A stretch of DNA of 64,000 nucleotides from a virus. The notes under the pieces were generated by a model, which saw only the letters and a program-made list of their open reading frames with translations, searched no databases and was not told the origin of the DNA. Where the stretch lies: IMG/VR virus record IMGVR_UViG_3300028025_002044, positions 1-64,000 of that record. The stretch is one strand, 5' to 3'. Of this stretch, positions 47,224 to 59,200 are shown in pieces (positions within the stretch are counted from its first letter, which is position 1; each line of letters starts with the position of its first letter). Both the position numbers and the translations under genes were made by a program.

Positions 47224-50200
47224 TTAATACTTTATCCTATAGGGGATTTGGTTTGCGTTTAGCTTTTGAAGCAGGTCAGTGATTTCGGCAGAGCTCTTGG
47301 TTTCGCTTAGTTTAGCCATATCAATCGATATGGCATCTTCATCGTTGTCCTGAGACTCGGCCAAGCTGGGGTAGTCAATGGCTTTACGGCTATCATCCAA
47401 CTCTACTGACTGCATAAACGAGTACCCCATTTTGGTGAGCTTGTCGCTGTGATAAATCTTCCTGTTAGTTAGTTTGTTAGCAAAGGCAAGTAGTCCGGTG
47501 GCTAGGTGACGGCGTTGGTAAGGTTCGTTGGTGTAGATACCGTCAATGTACATTTCATTTGCTAGACCGTCGGCCATAGGGTCGCCAATCTTAGTGCCAA
47601 ATGTGGCTACAGCGCCGGCTGACGGATTTGCTGGGTCATAAGCATCTATCCATATGTATGTATCTAGCGCCTGCGGGTCGTAGTCACTTTCCTTCAAAGA
47701 AACTTTGGCAGATAGTTTATATGGACGGCCGTACCTGTCTTTGTATGACGCAGTTATTTTGGTGGTACTCTCTACAACCGTAGGAGTCTCGCGCTCTGTT
47801 GTAGTAGCACCGTCGAAGTCTATGTCTAGATTTTCGGTAGCCTTTTCCATTATATTATCTTCACGCATGGCAGGCACCGAGAACCAGGAATCGTAGTGCT
47901 GGCGTCTAATAGATTTTAGGTTCTTTACCCTATTTGAATTAGAACCAAACTGTTTTTCGGCTTCGGCAATCATGTCTGCATATGACTTCAACTCGGCTTC
48001 TTGATAGTCCTGCAGCGGAATACCGTAAGGGCCTGAAGTAAAGTCATATGCTCGCTCTTTGTCTAGGTCTAGGTTCGGGTCAGCCGGGTCGAAAGGCTCG
48101 CCGCCAAATTTCATTAGCATAGGTGCAGCACTGTCAGGGCTGTCTGATTCAGTGGCAGCGTCTGCAAATCGCTTAGCGTTTCGGTCTACCTTAACATCCG
48201 TCATTCTAACTGGACGCTCTAGATATAGCCCATCTAGGCCCTTTACGCGGCTTAACGCAGTGTAAAGCTGGCCTGTAGCAAATGCACCATCTCCTAAATC
48301 AACCTTTAGATTGCTAATGGTTTTGCCTTGAAGCTTGTGGATAGTAGCTGCCCAGGCGAGCATCAAAGGAATCTGCTCATAGGTTGCTTCAGTAAATGGA
48401 GTCAGTTTATTGGTGACCTGGTTGCTAATGCTGTCTACTTGCTGACTGGCATCGTAGCCAACTTTATCCCACATGCTAGGGTAGACGTCATAAACGTTGT
48501 CTCCAACTCTAACCTTGACGTGGTCCTCTTCGAGAGCTACCACTTTTCCGATGGTTCCGTTTACCCATCTGCGAGCGGTCTTCTGGCCCTGACCAGACTC
48601 CTGATCTACGCTGTCTTTAGAAGAGCTAGGGGTGTCATTCCTGGTAAACATAACCTGAGCCCCAACCTTAAGGAAGAGCTTTTCCGGAGCAGGAAGCATG
48701 TCAAATGCTGGCTGTCCGGCACCACCAAACTCTCCGGTATATGTCTGAGATTTGACGTTTCCTAGCTTGTCCATCTCCTCTTGGTTAATTTCGTCGGCTA
48801 GAGCGTTAGTTGTAACGGCGTAGATTAGGTCATTAACCGATTGAGCCACTGGACGCATGCCAGCTTGATTGATGAAATCTAAGTCTTCCTGAGTAAATCT
48901 GCCTACTCGGATGTTGTTTAGGACCTTCTTAAATTCAGGGTCTGATTGACGGAACACTTCGCTAAGTTCATAGACTTCTAGAGGCTGGTCAACCCAAGCT
49001 CTGGCGTCAAAGAAGAACATGCTCCTGTAGTTCTTCTCCATGTAGTCCTTGAGCTGAACGTCGCGCTTACCTACGAATGGAGACAGCTGGTATACGTCAC
49101 CAAAACCAACAAACTGCACACCACCGAATGGTACGAATGGCTTGCCTTTTACATTCCTCAAAATTCTGTCCATAGCGTCTAGTAGGTCCGCTGAAACCAT
49201 GGATATTTCGTCTACAACTAGGGTGTCTAGAGCCGCTAGGGCAGCCCTAATTTTAGCCTTCTTTTTCGCATTTCCAATAATTAGCTGGCTTGCAGGAGTC
49301 TCGCCGTACACAATACCAGGCTTAAGTCCAAACAGAGAGTGGATGGTCGTGCCGCCAACATTTTCGGCTGCAGTTCCAGTGAATGACACTACAGCAATAA
49401 TTTTTTCAGTAAAGTCACGGAAGAATTTAAGCAAGAATGATTTACCGGTACCGGCTTTACCGGTAATAAATACAGGGCTCTTAGTGCTTTCTAGGTGGTT
49501 GTATAGCCACTGTTGCTCCGCAGACAGGTCGCCTTCTACAGTCGCCCGCTGTTCTTTATTTTTAACTGCAGGAATTTGGATAGGCGAGCCGTCTAAGTTA
49601 TTCTTAGGTACATAGTTCTCTAACTTAGACTTATCAAATCCTTCTGGAATGTCTATGCCTGACACAGGCTCGCCGTTGGCAATTCTCTTATCTAGAAGTG
49701 CCCCTAGAAGATCTTTCTTTACGGCCTCGACTAAGTTAGCGTCTATGAGCGGAAGCACACTCCAGAGTTCTCTAGCACGCTGGTCTGAAACCACACCTGA
49801 CTCTTGAAGAATGTCCTGAACTGTTCTTAGGTCGGCAGTAGTTGGAGGGTTTACAGTAACCTGAGTCTCTATAGAAGGAGAAGTGTTCTCCTCCCCATTC
49901 TCGTACTTCATAAACATTGGAGTGGTTTTTGGCTGGTCTCGTAGGTAGTCCAAGAACTGGTCTACGGTCATGTTGCCGACGTTTTCAGGGACAGGTCGCT
50001 GCTGGGTGACAGGAGCTTCCTGTATAGGAGCGTCCGATCTTTTTCTAGGGGCGGCCATTTTGTCAGCTTTTTTGCCGTCAATTTTTTTAGCTCGTAGGCT
50101 GTCAAACTTAATTAAGTATTCTGCTAAGTCTTTAGTTCCAGACTTGGTTAGGAACTTGCCCCTGACGGACTCGAGGACAGCTTTGTACACTGGCTCTGGT

Positions 50201-53200
50201 AGGTATCCCCAGTTGTATAGGTTAGTAGCCTTTATGAAAATTAAATCTAAGTCATCCTTAGTAGGCATCATGTCATCGCTGTGGAAGGCTAGCTCTCCGG
50301 GCACAACCGAGTATCTCTGCTTTTGGATAGGTAGGAAGTCAGACAGAGGGATATTCTCGAATGAGAAATCTCCGTTTTCATCAGCGATTGCAATAGTTAG
50401 AGCGCCCTTGGCAGGGAATCCTACAATCTTACCGCGCTTGTCTGTGCCCTTAATAACGCCAAACATCGTGTCGCCCACCAAGATTCCGTCGGTACCTGGA
50501 GTTATGAAGCTTTCGGTCACGTTTTCAATGTCCGCAGGGTTAGTGATTTTAAGAGTGTAGTATCGAATATCGCTGTAGCCAGCTACGCTAGGTAGACCTG
50601 ACTGCACTCTTCTAACACCCTTCTCATCGAATTCGTCATCAACAAAGAATCCGGTATCGTACGAGTCCTCTGAGCCGTCTAGGTATTTAACAATTAGGCC
50701 GGATGAGGTACCTTCACCAGGATTGACCATCTCTCCGTAGACCACGCCAATTTTACCGGTCTTCTTGTTCATAACATAAGCACCCGGGTGTAGCTGCTCT
50801 AGGTCGTACTGAGAAGTCTCCTCAGAAGAACTCTCTTCCGGCCTAAAACGTTCAGGCACACTCTTAGGCTCAACTTTTGATGACCAAACACGAGGCTCAA
50901 ATTGCATGAACATGGGCTTGCCCTGGCCAGTGGCCGGAGTAAGCATGTCTTCATTGTTGAAAATAAAGTACGGGTGGAATGAGTCTGGCCAACGCTCTGC
51001 ATTTGCTTCCTCGGTGTCAAATCCAAATGGAGCTATTGCCCAGCCCTTATCAAGCTTTTTAGAGTTTGAGCTAGCTACGTAGTTAGTAACTACCATTGTA
51101 GGTAGGAACGGAACGTTTGCCTCTATAGCGGCGGCTATACGGTGATTTCCGTCTAGCACAAATGCAGTCTTATTTGCAGGATTGTACGAAATAATTATCG
51201 GAGTTGCTGGGAGTGCGCCAAGTCCCATAGACCTGACCATCTTTTCGATTTTGTCTTTGTCGAGGTCTGTGTTGCCAGGCATTCCTGCTAGGGCGGATGG
51301 TTTTACGTAGCCAACGACCGAGTTAGATGAGCCTAAGCCGCCATCAGGGTCAGTGGAGATGTCTAGCCCATTATTGAACGAATCCGCGTAGGAAGCGGTT
51401 AGGTAATCCAGGTCTTGCTCGAAATTAGCAGCTCTAGTAATTCCGGCAGGAGTTTCAAATTCTCTGTCAGGGATTGACTCTGTAGAGACTAAGTCAGCTT
51501 CAATGTAAGTGCTGAACGCGTTAGGAATCTCATAGCCTTCCGAGTCAAGTCTAGGGGAACGGCTAACTTCTAGGACTCGAAGCTTAGCTCCAGCGTTGAG
51601 AAGCACCTCGCGCTCACCGTCTTTGTATGTCAGACCCTGAGGCATGACAATTGCATTTGAGCCTTTAGGGGCACGGATGATTAAGAAGAATCCTTCTTCG
51701 TTAGATAGGAGGCTGGCCGAGCCAGGACCAAAGTCGTCGTAAGCCACTACTGGAGACATACTGGTAGAACTGAATGACGGCAGTGTAATCTCATCGCCAG
51801 GCTGAGCATCGATTAGTGCATCGTGCTGAGCATCTCCCGGGTTTCCAGTAGAACCGTGGTAGAGATACATGTTTCTGTCTAGCTTGGCTTCAGGCTTGGC
51901 AAATGCAGCAGTCAGACCACGGAGCATCGACTCTGTCATGTCAGCAACCGTGCGAGACATTTCTTTGCCCTCGAGTAGGTTAGAAATCCATCGCCACCCG
52001 CTATAGCCGTAGTTCTTGAGGGCAGACTTTTCTTCAGCAGTAAAGATGTCTTTATCTACTGGATCGGCGTATGTCCTAGGCATGTCGTAGTAGCCGTCCC
52101 AGATTACAGGGTAGCCCTGCTCGTCGTCTTTCCACTCATCCGAGAAGTTCATGAACTGGAACTTAGGGTCTTGGAAATGTTTAGCTAGGTTGTATTTATC
52201 TGCTTTGCCGAATACGAGACCATCGTATGCACTCTTTAGAGCACCCACGTGAGCCATGAACTTAGTTTTTGCGAGCTCTTTTGTGCCTTCGGATGAATTA
52301 GGGTTATTCCTAGTAGATAGGTAGTCTTTTTCAGCATTTAAGGTGCTTGAATAGATGCTTCTAATAAATGCCGAGTCGTCTTCACCTAGGTTGGTGCCTA
52401 CCGGTGTCAGGCCGTTTTCATAGAATGAGCGGCGTCTGTTGAACTCTACTATAAGTTCAGGTTCTTCTGCAGGCTCAGGGAAGTTAGGTTTGCTGGATTC
52501 TGAAGAAGCCATGCTTATAACTTCGCGCGGGCGAACGCCAATTGGGTTCTTTCCAGCAATTTTTTCGTTATAGAAGTCGACAAAATCTCTTAGGTACGGA
52601 GGGATGACACCTTTTTCGGTAACCCACATGTACATGGCGTAGAAGTATTCTGCAAAGTTTTCTCGGACACTGGTTGCGCCGTAGTTAGACATTGGCTTAT
52701 CGCCAAATTTCTCTTCAAACTCCCGGTAGAGAGGCATGGACTCATCGCCCATATACAGTGAGCCAATTCCATGGCCGTATTCGTGAATTTGAGTCCTAGA
52801 GAACCTGTCTTTAGCGTCAGGTCCACCCATTACGGCATTCGTCCCCCCTACCTGAGCATTTTTGTTGCCATAGCCAGCGGTGCTTAATCCAAAGAATACG
52901 CCGTGCTCTCCAGCTGTCGCGGCAATCCCACCGACATCTTCATTATCAATTAACGTCTCGTAAGTGAAACTTCCGTTAGGGAATACAGTGTAGTAAGTCG
53001 GAACGTTGCCTAGATTGTTAAGCGCACCTAGAACCCTAGCATTTGCGACTATGTCTGACAGCATTTCAGGGGTAGCTATTGCATCTTTTACCCTGATGAA
53101 TTGGTTAGTTCCGTCTATCTGGAATACGCGGTATGTAGACTGGTCGCTAGAAGCTTGCTTAACCTTAGCGATAAAACCTAGTCTTAGTGCGTCAATATCC

Positions 53201-56200
53201 TCTTGCGACATCCGAGAGAGTTCTGCTGGAGAGTACATATTCTCAAGGTAGTTTTTTCTGAAGTAAGTTTCATTAAAGTTTCCGTTAGCATCTACTAGAG
53301 ACGGTACAAGACCAGACTCGGAGTCTGTACCGGCTAGCCAGTTGCCCTTAGAGTAGCCCTCCATGGAACGTTCCAGCTCCCTGAGGTTCTCTCCCGTAAT
53401 CTCTACTAGGCCGTCAACGGGGACGCCTCCCACGGAAGCACTAGGCATACGCATTAACATCGGCTTAGAGCGGTTCTTCTTTTCGACAATGTGCTCGACC
53501 ACAAGATCAAATACGTTGACGGGCTTGACATTCATGTCGGATATAAGTGCGTCCATGTAGTCGGTAAATTCTTGGTTTGCCGGGGCCTGATTAGCCATCC
53601 TCGAGTACAAGAAGTCAAAGAATAGCTCTGCAAATTTTTCTGAGTGGTCACCTTCACCGTATGAGGATATGTAGGTATTTTCAAATCTCTCTTTGAAATC
53701 TTTTGCTAACTCAAATACTTCGTTATTTCTCAGGGTGGAACCGAATATTGCTCGGTGATAGGCGTGGCCATACTCATGTAGGAAAGTTAGTACCGACTCT
53801 GGGATGTTTCCAGAGTTGTGTAGTCGACGACGACCGCCGGGGCCTTCAGTAAATCTAGGGTCAAATCTATTCTCGTAGAAAGATTCTTTTCTCAGAGCGA
53901 TGTTTAAGTTGCCGCCAGTAAAGGTGAAAAATGCAGATGTGCCCATGAATTCTGGCATATCTTGGTACAGCAAGGCCATCTCTTCGTTGGTAATTAGAGA
54001 TACTGTTAGTTTTCTATTACCGACAGGTGCAATTTCTCGCGCCTTTGTAATCATCTTAGCGAGCTTCTCTAAGTGAGTAGGAGTTATTTCCACGCCATCG
54101 GCTTTATTGTAAGTAATGTAGCTATTTTTACCTACCTTTAGGGCAACCATGTTTTCTAGAGATGATCGGTCTTGCATCTTAGCTTCAAAAAGAGCTTCTG
54201 CTTCCTCGAGCTTAGCTAAATTCTCTTCAGTAGGGTTCTGATATATCTCACTTAATTTATCGGGTCCACCTAAAGCTGAAGCTAGGAATTTATTTCTAGC
54301 ATAGTTGACATCAATAGATGCTTTTTTATTGTTGAGAACAGACTTAATTAGCCTCTTCTTTTTTGACCCGGTAACTTCTGATACATCTACCCCGCGCATT
54401 CCGCTTAGCACGCTGTCAGAAATGGTAGAACCTGCATCATCAATAAATCTTTGTAGGCTTAGCTTTGTTGAAGGAGTATTTCCACCACGCTTATCGTTGG
54501 CTTTGATAAATTCAGAAATATACTCCGCTGCCTGAGCCCTAGTCATACCCTTAATAGGTGCAAGAATTCTTTCTTGCTCGTCGGTGTCAAATCCAGACTT
54601 CTCTAAATACTTTCTAAAGCCATACTTGTCGGTACCATTTTGCTTGTCGGTAGCCGGCCCATTGGGGCTAATTCCTGATAGGAATTTATTCATTCTCTCC
54701 GAGTAACGTTTTGCTAGAGCATCCTTGTCCAGTGCTTCTAATTTTTCGTTAGGTTTTTGGCTAGCCATTTCAAGTGAGCGCATGACAAGGCGGAATGCGT
54801 CCTCAGCATCTGCATCCGCACTGTGCCATCTAGTAGTGTCAAATCCTAGGAACTTAGCTACATACCCAAGGCTAGTTGTGGATACAAAATTGCCGGAGCC
54901 CTTCTCGGTCTCTTTTTTAGGCCCGTCTACGCCATTCTCAGGGTCATACTTAGGGATGATGGCATCGATAAGGTCCTTAGAGTCCACAGTTCCAGCTACG
55001 CTGAAATCAGTTACACCGGCTTTGTCAAGCATTCTCTGGAGAACTTCAAGGTCAAACGGTACGTTCTGCCCACCAATAAGAGGGTTGTTGCCCATGAACT
55101 CAATCATTTGACGTACGGCTTCTTCGGTGCTCATCTGCTTTGACAGCCATTCGTCAGTGACTAGGTCGTCACCAATAACCTCTCCTGTAGGAGACACCAC
55201 ATCCCTCTTGAGATTAGCTGCTGACCATTCTCCTAAAGGAGCTTCAGGGTTGAGGTAGATATTAAATCTGCCAGTAACCTCGCCCTTTTCTACCTTAACG
55301 ATACCGACCTGAACGGCGTTGTTCGGCTGGTTGTCTCCGTCGTAATCGCTGATACCAGTGGTCTCGGTGTCGAAGTAGTAAATAGGAGTGTCTAGGTTCT
55401 TAATGAAGTCTAGAACCTCGGCCCAGTTCTTGCCTTGGACAGCGTCAAGTAGAGACCCCGTGAACGCGCCCGGAGTAGGCTGACGGTCGCGGCCGACGTC
55501 CATAGTGGTTGGGTTTAGAACCATGCCGAGCGGTGTGCCAATATTTTTATCGGACAAGAATGACATAGCAGCTGGCTTAGGATTGACTTCTTGTACATGT
55601 ACTGGAGGTAAGTCAGAAAGACTCTTTGTAGGGACATATCCATCCAACTTGGACATGTCGTAGCCCCTAGGCGCACGTTTTGCTAATAAGTCAGATACCG
55701 GATACCCATTTGCAATTCTCCAGTCAAGTTCTAGATTATCTAACTTGCTTATAAGATCAAAGACTTTTGCTTTGTTCATGCTAGGCAAATCGCCAGCAAT
55801 CTTTTTAATTTCTTCTGGAGACAGCAGGCCAGGTATAGATAGTCTCCTAGCTACACTCTGTAGCTCTTTCTTAGTTGCAACTTCCGAAGAAAAATCAAAA
55901 CCATCTTGGAATAGGAATAACGGTCTGTACGGTTCAACATCTTCGCCACTCTCTACTCTAGCGTCGTAGTCAGCCCTACGCCTGTCTTCCATTTTTCTAA
56001 GCTCGCCAAGTATTCGATCCTTCTCCGCCTGGGTGTTCCAAGCAGCCATAGTGAAGAGCTTAGGTGAGTTTCTCTTACTAGGATTCATAAAGTATACGCG
56101 GGTAGTTCGTACCCGAGTCTCTTGCTTGCCAGGCTTTCTTGGCTCTGGTCTTGGAGCCGGGGTGGGTCTAGGTTCTGGAGTAGGAGTCGGTCTAGATGGC

Positions 56201-59200
56201 TCGCCACCTGGAGCTGGAGTGCTTGGTGCAGTAGACCCATCTCGCTTAGCGATGCTAAGTTTTGATGTCCTGCGAACGCGGAGACGTCTAGGTGTAGTGT
56301 CTCCAGGTCGAGTTATCTCAATGAGCAGAACGTTAGGGTCTTTATCGTCCGGCTTAGGCTTGCTCATTACTCTAGCAAAGCCACGAATTCTGTCCCAGAC
56401 TAGGTCACCGACTACAATTTCGCTACCCTGAACGGTCTCTAGCTCACGGTCTGGAGTGAGTTCTCTCTCCTCGTCTTCATCCTGCTCCTCGAACTCGCCG
56501 GTGAGTGGGTTAACCTGACTGACCATAGGCATAGAGAAAGACTCGACAATACGCTGATCAGTGTCGTCTTCGTAGACCACATCTACGTAAGAGATGTAAT
56601 CCTTGCCTTCCTCCCGATATTTTATTTTGCTTACAGACTTTACCTTTTTCCATACAGAAGGTTTGCCGTCTTCTTTAACCTCAACAAATGTGCCAGGAAC
56701 GATTTCCTCAAAGTGCTTTAGTTCGTGAGGACCAGCGGTCTTAAGTTCTTCAATCTCGCGTTGCTTAGCTTCGTCTACGGCAGGTTTTGCTTCGGGCTCC
56801 GGGGACCTAATACTGTCCAGTTCTTCTTGAGTTTTAGGCAGGTTGTCGATGCCTTCAGCTTCAATTATTCCTCTGTCGCTAAGAGCTTGGCGCACTCTAT
56901 TCACTACTATAGTAAGTAGATCGTCCGATGCCTCGAGTACAGTGTCACTCTTAGACTGAAGATCATTAAATACTTTATTAGCTTCAGCGATTGCTTCAGC
57001 TAAAATGTCTTTAGCTTGGCTAACAAATAGATCCACCTCGTCATCGGTAGCCTCCCACTTACCAATAGCAGTAACAAATCCGGCATCATTACCAAAAGCA
57101 TCGAAAATTTCTATACGTATATCAGCTATTGTCTTACCAGTAGCCGGACGAAACATGGAGTCGTCGACACGTACAGCGCCACCTGCAGATTTTCCAACCA
57201 CTGCGGGCAATACTACATTTTTATCCCACTTGGGTTTGTCCGCATCAGACGCAGCGTCAATCAAATCTCTTATAGCACCTACGTTAGTAGTAGCGGGGAT
57301 GAATGGCTTTGGAGTAGGGGTAGCGGCTGGCTGGTCGGCTTCCGGCTCAGGCTCTGCGGCCGGCTCTTCGGTAGGCTGGTCTTCCTCTGCCTCGGGCTCT
57401 CCAGAAGTATCCTCTGATGCAGCTTTTTCTTTTTCAAGATCGGCCAAGAACTTGTCAATATCTTTTGTTCCAAAGTCCTTTCCTTTTATCTGAGCAATAA
57501 GCTCTTCTTTACGCTCTTCAGTGATGTAATCTTCTACATAAGCATCTATAACTGAATCTACAAGCTTATCTTTTTGAGATTCATTTAGAGGCTCGCCGTG
57601 CTTTTCTTTCCAGGCCGCAAGTTTTTCCCGCCGGGACTTAAGCTGGTCTTGTCTTTGACTATTTACGGTTTCGATAAGTCTTTCTTTGTAGTTATCTACA
57701 TAATCGAGTAGTCGGTCTTCTCCAACTGTATCTAGAACTATTCTGTTATAGACTTGAGACCAGTAATATCTATCATTAATATATGCAATAAGAGCGTCGG
57801 CGCTAGAATTTAGTATGTCTTCGGCATCTGCATTACCCTCGGAGGACTGTCGCTCATATCTTTCTACTAAAAGATTCATAGCTTTAGACACAACGGTATC
57901 TATAAAATCAAAATATATTCTCAGGTCGGACTCTATTTTGTCTTCACTGATAGAGTAATATTTGTCGGTTGTAATCCTACTAAATAGCCTATTAAATTTC
58001 TCTTGAACATCTTTTGGTAGAGATTTAATCACTAAATCAAGTGCATTTGGTACCGATTTACCGTCTTCAAGAATTAGCTCGGTTGAAGACTCCGGCTTAT
58101 CTTCTTCTGCCTCTGCTTCTGACTCTTCAGCTGGTTTTTCACCGCTTAGTTCGGCTTGGACTAGCTCTAGGTCCTTTGTGCCAAACTTGCCGTCGCGCAT
58201 CTGATTCTTAATTTCAGTCTCGCGCTCTTTAGTAATGATGCCATTAGCTACGGCATCCTTCAGCTGGCCTAGGAAGCCGCTCCTCTGAGACGGACTTAGT
58301 ACGCTACCGTGTAGCTCTTCCCACGAGGCTTTCTCTGCTGCATCAGCATCATCTTTTTTCTTTTTTGCAGCTTCTTCAGCGGCTTTCTTTTCATTGTCTC
58401 GGTTTACCCACTTTTGAATTTCTGCAGGCATATTATCAACTGCATCGGCAATTGCATCAGAAATATTGTCAAGCAACGACTTCCACTCTGATGGAGTTAG
58501 GTCGGCGTTCATTTCTAACTGATGCCCAGCTTTGCCTAATACAAATGATGGAGTATCTTCTTTGCTGAGAGATAAGGCTAAAGATATAGCTTTTCTAATT
58601 GCTTGCCTAATAACTAGATCTTGGTACTTCACCCAATCCGTGGCTTGCTGAAGATTATTTGGGTCAAACTCTGGTTGCGGTAAGTCGTCACCTCTTTTTA
58701 CAAAAATTCCTAGCGTTCTATCCTGAAAACGAGAAAACTCGACTTGCATAGAGTCAGGGCCAAGCTGTCCGTTGCCCGCTTCCCCTGTTCTTTCGCCGCG
58801 GGTGGGGTCAGCTAGTTCGCCGTTGGCTAAGCGTCTAGGCTCAGACGTTGATACTTCAGTTTCTTGCTCCGGCTCTGGTTCTGGCTCTGGCTCTGGCTCT
58901 GGCTCCGAGGCTGAAAGAGACTCTTTAAGGGCGTTAAGAAGAGTCTTGGCGTGCTGGGAGATAGGAATGCTTTTGTTTTCGGAGTCTAGATTAATTACTA
59001 GTGCGCCGGTTACATCGTCCACCTGAGCAACGAGAGTGTACCCCTCGTGATTGCCAAATACAATTCGGTCTACGGCATCGCCATTTGGAGTACCCTGATC
59101 GATATCTCCATGGATAACTACATTGCCGCGCTTATCAATCGAGTAGCCAACGCCATTTCCAAGACTTCCGCTGTCCCCCGGCATTCCAGAAATGTCTTGG

